A program made the translations under genes and the position numbers. The notes beneath the pieces were generated by a model. The model worked only from the letters and a program-made list of their open reading frames with translations, searched no databases and was not told the origin of the DNA. Below, in pieces: positions 60,253 through 64,000 of a stretch of DNA of 64,000 bases; position 1 is the stretch's first letter, and every line of letters begins with the position of its first letter. The stretch covers positions 32,001-96,000 of the IMG/VR virus record IMGVR_UViG_3300013121_000024; one strand, given 5' to 3'. This DNA is from a virus. Its lineage: Duplodnaviria > Caudoviricetes.

Positions 60253-61314
60253 TTAAAGTGAGCTTTGCGGCAACTTGGTGTCATCTGTAACAGATGCATC
60301 CCCTGAAATGGAACCCATGGCTACCAATGTTTCATAGGTTACTCGTCCAGCTCGTCCACCTGTTCCCTCACGTCTTAAAACCCATCCAGCATGTGTGACC
60401 TTGGAGGCTTCATTTAACCGTGGACCTCGTGTAATAGTAGCAGTTGCTCCACTTCCACTAGCACCAAATGTGGCTGTTGGTGTGGATGTGAATCCATAAC
60501 CACTAGCTGTTACGTTGGCTGCTCCTGTTGTATATCCAAATGCGAAGTTTGCTGTTGCGCCTGTTCCAGATCCACCTGTAAGTGCAACGTTGGCTAGTGT
60601 TGGTAGTGTGGAAAATACACCACCTGAATCAACGGCTAAGGTTTTAATACCAGTTGTAACGTCTACGGTAAGTCCTGCTCCTGAACCTGTGTTATTGACT
60701 GTTGCAACATTCGCCAGGTCAGGATCCGCGGTATAATCACCACCTGTCGTAAGAGCTAGGCTGGCCACGTTATCATCGGATGCTCCAGTGGTAACAGTGA
60801 ATGTTGCTTGTGTTCCTGTTCCGGTTGTCATTCCAACAACATCACCATTGGCATATCCACCACCAGCTTCGTTGACCGCAACGGTAACAATTTGTGTATG
60901 TGTCACCGATAAACTAGCAGCATTTACAGCCACACCATTAGAAAATGACAGTACATCGTCAATTAGGTAACCATCTCCCTTGAGGTCGATGGTCGCTGTT
61001 ATTAGTTTTCCTGTTGCCGTTCCGGTGAATCCTGTACCACTGCCACCTGAAACACCTATGGCAAGGGTTGTATAGCCTATGCCGGCGTTAGTGATGTTGA
61101 AACTTGTAACACCTTCAGTTGATCCTGTGTAAGGATACTTAACTTCATCTGCACTAGCTCCAAACATTCCTGTTTTTTGTCCGGTTACAAAAGAATTAGA
61201 TGTTACGTTGTTGAATAGATTATCACGGTTTGCGGTGTTTGCTGTTTTGTTGACCAACGATCCGCCCCAAATAGGTGAATTATTGGCCTGATCTGCTGAT
61301 CCCCATTGTGCCAT
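60253..61314 (-). CDS. Gly/Thr-rich virion structural protein
   Basis: MAQWG..D N-terminus, HAGWV....GTGGRAGRV.YETLVAM C-terminus, GSGY-type beta repeats. Confidence 0.7.
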   Translation of the reverse strand: MAQWGSADQANNSPIWGGSLVNKTANTANRDNLFNNVTSNSFVTGQKTGMFGASADEVKYPYTGSTEGVTSFNITNAGIGYTTLAIGVSGGSGTGFTGTATGKLITATIDLKGDGYLIDDVLSFSNGVAVNAASLSVTHTQIVTVAVNEAGGGYANGDVVGMTTGTGTQATFTVTTGASDDNVASLALTTGGDYTADPDLANVATVNNTGSGAGLTVDVTTGIKTLAVDSGGVFSTLPTLANVALTGGSGTGATANFAFGYTTGAANVTASGYGFTSTPTATFGASGSGATATITRGPRLNEASKVTHAGWVLRREGTGGRAGRVTYETLVAMGSISGDASVTDDTKLPQSSL

Positions 61315-61328
61315 ATTTTTTACTCTCC

Positions 61329-63302
61329 TTATTTCTTATTTTTAGATGGTATATAGCCCAAAATTCCATACAACTTACTTTCAGTCATGGACACCTTTGG
61401 TAGAGTTATACCTCTTTTTGGTTTTCCTTCTGGAATTTTCTTGCCGGACTCTACATGATCTAAAGACTTTTGACTGAATTTTTGATTCCTCAAGAATTCT
61501 TGTGCCTTTTGTCTATCAGATGGATTATATTTTGTTCTCAGGGCGGATATAACTGGCTTGGGCAACCTTAATAGATCATCCAACGGTGTCCTCTCGGAAT
61601 CACCGGAAGTGACCTTTTTAGGAACTTCCTTCTCTTTCGGAGGATTCTTCTTTTCTGCCTTTTTAGCATTCGAAGCGGCCGCAATGGCCTTAATCAGCTC
61701 GGCGCGTTCTTTCTTGTTCTTGGTGCCGGCCAATTTTTTCTTAAGGCCTGATAAACTGGCCTCGTTCAATTCACTAGAAATTCTGTCGGCCGCCGTATTT
61801 TCCATTAATACACCAGCACTCTTTTTTACTCCATCGGCCCATGGGTCTTTAATGGCCGGTTTATTTTCCGATACCACTTTCCTCACGGCGGCCAATAGAC
61901 TCTCAGAAAACTGACCTTTAAGTCTGTGGTCTATCATTTTAGGCAATTCTCCTTTTCCTCTATTTAGTGTTCTGATCAATCCTTCTGTTAATTCACTAGA
62001 ATTCAGTGATTCTTTTATCCTTCTTTTATGATAAGGAGCTGGAGAAGTATCACGGGCCCGCCTGTTTTTATTTGCTTCTCCTTGAATTAATGTTTTGATT
62101 TTTTCCATAGTACCAATAGCATCTCTTTTTAGTCCTGTTCGGATATCATCAAATGCTGGACCTGCCCATGGTCCTTCACGTCGTTTAATGGCATCCACAA
62201 TTGGTGTTAGTATTGCATCACGGTCGCCTTTCAAGCCAGTACCAACATCGTCAGCGGCTTTGGATAACCATGTACGACTTCTCCTCTTAATGGAGTCCTT
62301 TACGGGATTAACCACGTTCTTCAAGTCTTTCTTGAGACCATAGGATATATCATCGACTACTGAATTTTCGGTCAATCCACCCAAGCCCTTTTTCTCAAGA
62401 TAAGCGGCGAATTTCGGATCCTTTTTCCTTATATTAAGGTAACGCTTATTACTCCAGTCCGTATTATCTATGGCAGCGAAAGCGGCTGCCATGGCCGGGC
62501 TAGGGGGCCTGAGTTTTGGGTGCTTAGGTTCAGGACCTCTCTTTTTGAGGGCGTCTAATTGGGCTTTCTTTTTTGAATCATCCGGGTCTAATTCTAAATC
62601 ACCAATCTTGTTTTCGGTTACGTGTGATTCGCCTAATGTGTACCAAGATTTCGAGTCTATTTCTTTATTGCCCAAATAGTGTTTTCCGCCTTTGGTACGT
62701 ACATTGACACCTAGTGAATTCAATCGGGATTTAGTGGTAGTAGTTGGCCAACCGGCCATGGAAATAGACACTTTACCTTTAACATTCTTTGCAATAAGGT
62801 TTCCATGAAGTCTCATTTCTGTTCCGTGTGGAGTAACCACAACATGTGTATTCTTGTTTTTGTATGGCCGGTGGTTCATAAAACTATGAGCGGCCGCAGA
62901 GGAGATTTTTCTCTCCTCATTAAGATCGATTACTTCTTCCGAGAGAGATTCTTGTACGGCCCCGAATGCTTTGCCATTAGCTTCTTCCTCGGCCTTTTTG
63001 GCCGCGGCCTTCTCGATCCTTTTTTTGTTGGCGGCAAGTCTGGCTGGTGTTTGAAACTGTATCCTATTTGTCACCTTAATTTCTTCTTTTCTACGGTCTG
63101 GATCATTAGGATCAAATACAATTTTTTTACTTTTGCCTGTAACCTTATCCTCTTGTAATGAGGATTCATTGATTTCCTGTACTAATAAAGTTTCCGGAGT
63201 TTCCAAAATCGTTGGAATTTTCCGTTTACTAGGCATCCGCAGTTCTTTACCTGAAAGGACTTCCAGTGCAGTATGTTCTAATGATCGGTACTTCTTTGTC
63301 AT
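61329..63302 (-). CDS. Large charged late protein with many (L/I/V/M/F)xE sites, putative processed prohead protein
   Basis: VQE, INE, LQE, LSE, LNE, LGE, VTE, LTE, IKE, FSE, VSE, LME, MTE separating basic modules. Confidence 0.5.
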   Translation of the reverse strand: MTKKYRSLEHTALEVLSGKELRMPSKRKIPTILETPETLLVQEINESSLQEDKVTGKSKKIVFDPNDPDRRKEEIKVTNRIQFQTPARLAANKKRIEKAAAKKAEEEANGKAFGAVQESLSEEVIDLNEERKISSAAAHSFMNHRPYKNKNTHVVVTPHGTEMRLHGNLIAKNVKGKVSISMAGWPTTTTKSRLNSLGVNVRTKGGKHYLGNKEIDSKSWYTLGESHVTENKIGDLELDPDDSKKKAQLDALKKRGPEPKHPKLRPPSPAMAAAFAAIDNTDWSNKRYLNIRKKDPKFAAYLEKKGLGGLTENSVVDDISYGLKKDLKNVVNPVKDSIKRRSRTWLSKAADDVGTGLKGDRDAILTPIVDAIKRREGPWAGPAFDDIRTGLKRDAIGTMEKIKTLIQGEANKNRRARDTSPAPYHKRRIKESLNSSELTEGLIRTLNRGKGELPKMIDHRLKGQFSESLLAAVRKVVSENKPAIKDPWADGVKKSAGVLMENTAADRISSELNEASLSGLKKKLAGTKNKKERAELIKAIAAASNAKKAEKKNPPKEKEVPKKVTSGDSERTPLDDLLRLPKPVISALRTKYNPSDRQKAQEFLRNQKFSQKSLDHVESGKKIPEGKPKRGITLPKVSMTESKLYGILGYIPSKNKK

Positions 63303-63319
63303 TTTTGTTCCAGTCGTTA

Positions 63320-64000
63320 TTATACAGTTGTGGTCGATGATCGTGTTACTATACCAGAGACAGTGGGTTTAGTATTAGCCGATGGAAGTGGAGGAATTTT
63401 GGCATCTTTAGCCTTTAAGGTAGTAGTGCCGACAGGTTTTTGTCGGCTTTTACTTATCTTAGAGGTTTTACTGACCACCCCACCATCTTTTTCTCCACCA
63501 GTTTTTCCGGCCGCCTTATCTACAAATGTGGCCGATTCCTTAAAAAATCTACCTTTCAATATTCCTTTCAATCTATTTAGTATTCCAGTTTTTTCTGTTG
63601 CTACTTTTGCAACATATTTAGAAGCCGGAGGTTCAGTTTGTACTTTGGGCAATTCTACATTTGCGATATTTATGGTTTTCAACGGCCTGAGTGGATATGA
63701 CTTGATTTCAGCCTCATTTCTTACCACCGGCTCTATCACTCCAGCATCCAATTGTGTACGAACGTCATCTAATTGCATTTTAGAAATCATTTCTAGGTCG
63801 TACAGATTGTTGTATTGTTTCATCTGTTTGGCAATCTGGACCTTACGTATAATCTCTTTGAATTCTTTCTCCTTAGCAGCTTCTCCGGATGCTTCGCGGC
63901 GAGCTTCCGCCCTCTGTTGGGCCTTCAATTTTGACAGTTCCTTTAACTTTGGACTTACCTCAGCTTGTACCTCGGCCGTGGCAACCTCTGCGGCCTTCTG
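63320..64000 (-). CDS. Lys-rich protein, C-terminal part (start outside window)
   Basis: Frame stays open to the window end. Confidence 0.5.
   Translation of the reverse strand, partial: QKAAEVATAEVQAEVSPKLKELSKLKAQQRAEARREASGEAAKEKEFKEIIRKVQIAKQMKQYNNLYDLEMISKMQLDDVRTQLDAGVIEPVVRNEAEIKSYPLRPLKTINIANVELPKVQTEPPASKYVAKVATEKTGILNRLKGILKGRFFKESATFVDKAAGKTGGEKDGGVVSKTSKISKSRQKPVGTTTLKAKDAKIPPLPSANTKPTVSGIVTRSSTTTV

Overview
This window is a 64-kb segment of a large T4-like (myovirus) phage genome, transcribed mostly from the minus strand. T4-like core genes include gp59, gp33, RNase H, gp61 primase, PhoH, thymidylate synthase and TATAAATA late promoters. The host is probably an alphaproteobacterium, based on a GapR homologue, a two-piece permuted tmRNA with an ANDN...ALAA tag, and a tRNA-His with A73. 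About 36 tRNA or tRNA-like genes lie between 25.2 and 43.9 kb, several with non-canonical structure. Five loci stand out. (1) A ~1.4-kb non-coding leader holds at least six stem-closed small RNAs sharing a CAGCAA-type motif, several with permuted tRNA bodies, directly upstream of a Ro60/TROVE-like vWA (DUF2828) gene. (2) A second protein-plus-RNA module at 44.3-45.4 kb has two permuted tRNA-like domains. (3) Two tandem arrays of small genes, 20 kb apart, are built from a 12-nt NNC-TCG-GCC-GTT (xSAV) repeat and share an identical 76-bp block. (4) A class II ribonucleotide reductase is fractured by a free-standing GIY-YIG endonuclease, rejoined by a split intein, and carries a second cis intein at the catalytic cysteine. 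(5) The phage-encoded permuted tmRNA has a long structured intervening segment. All calls come from reading the sequence and recalling motifs; no database searches were run, and coordinates were counted by hand.
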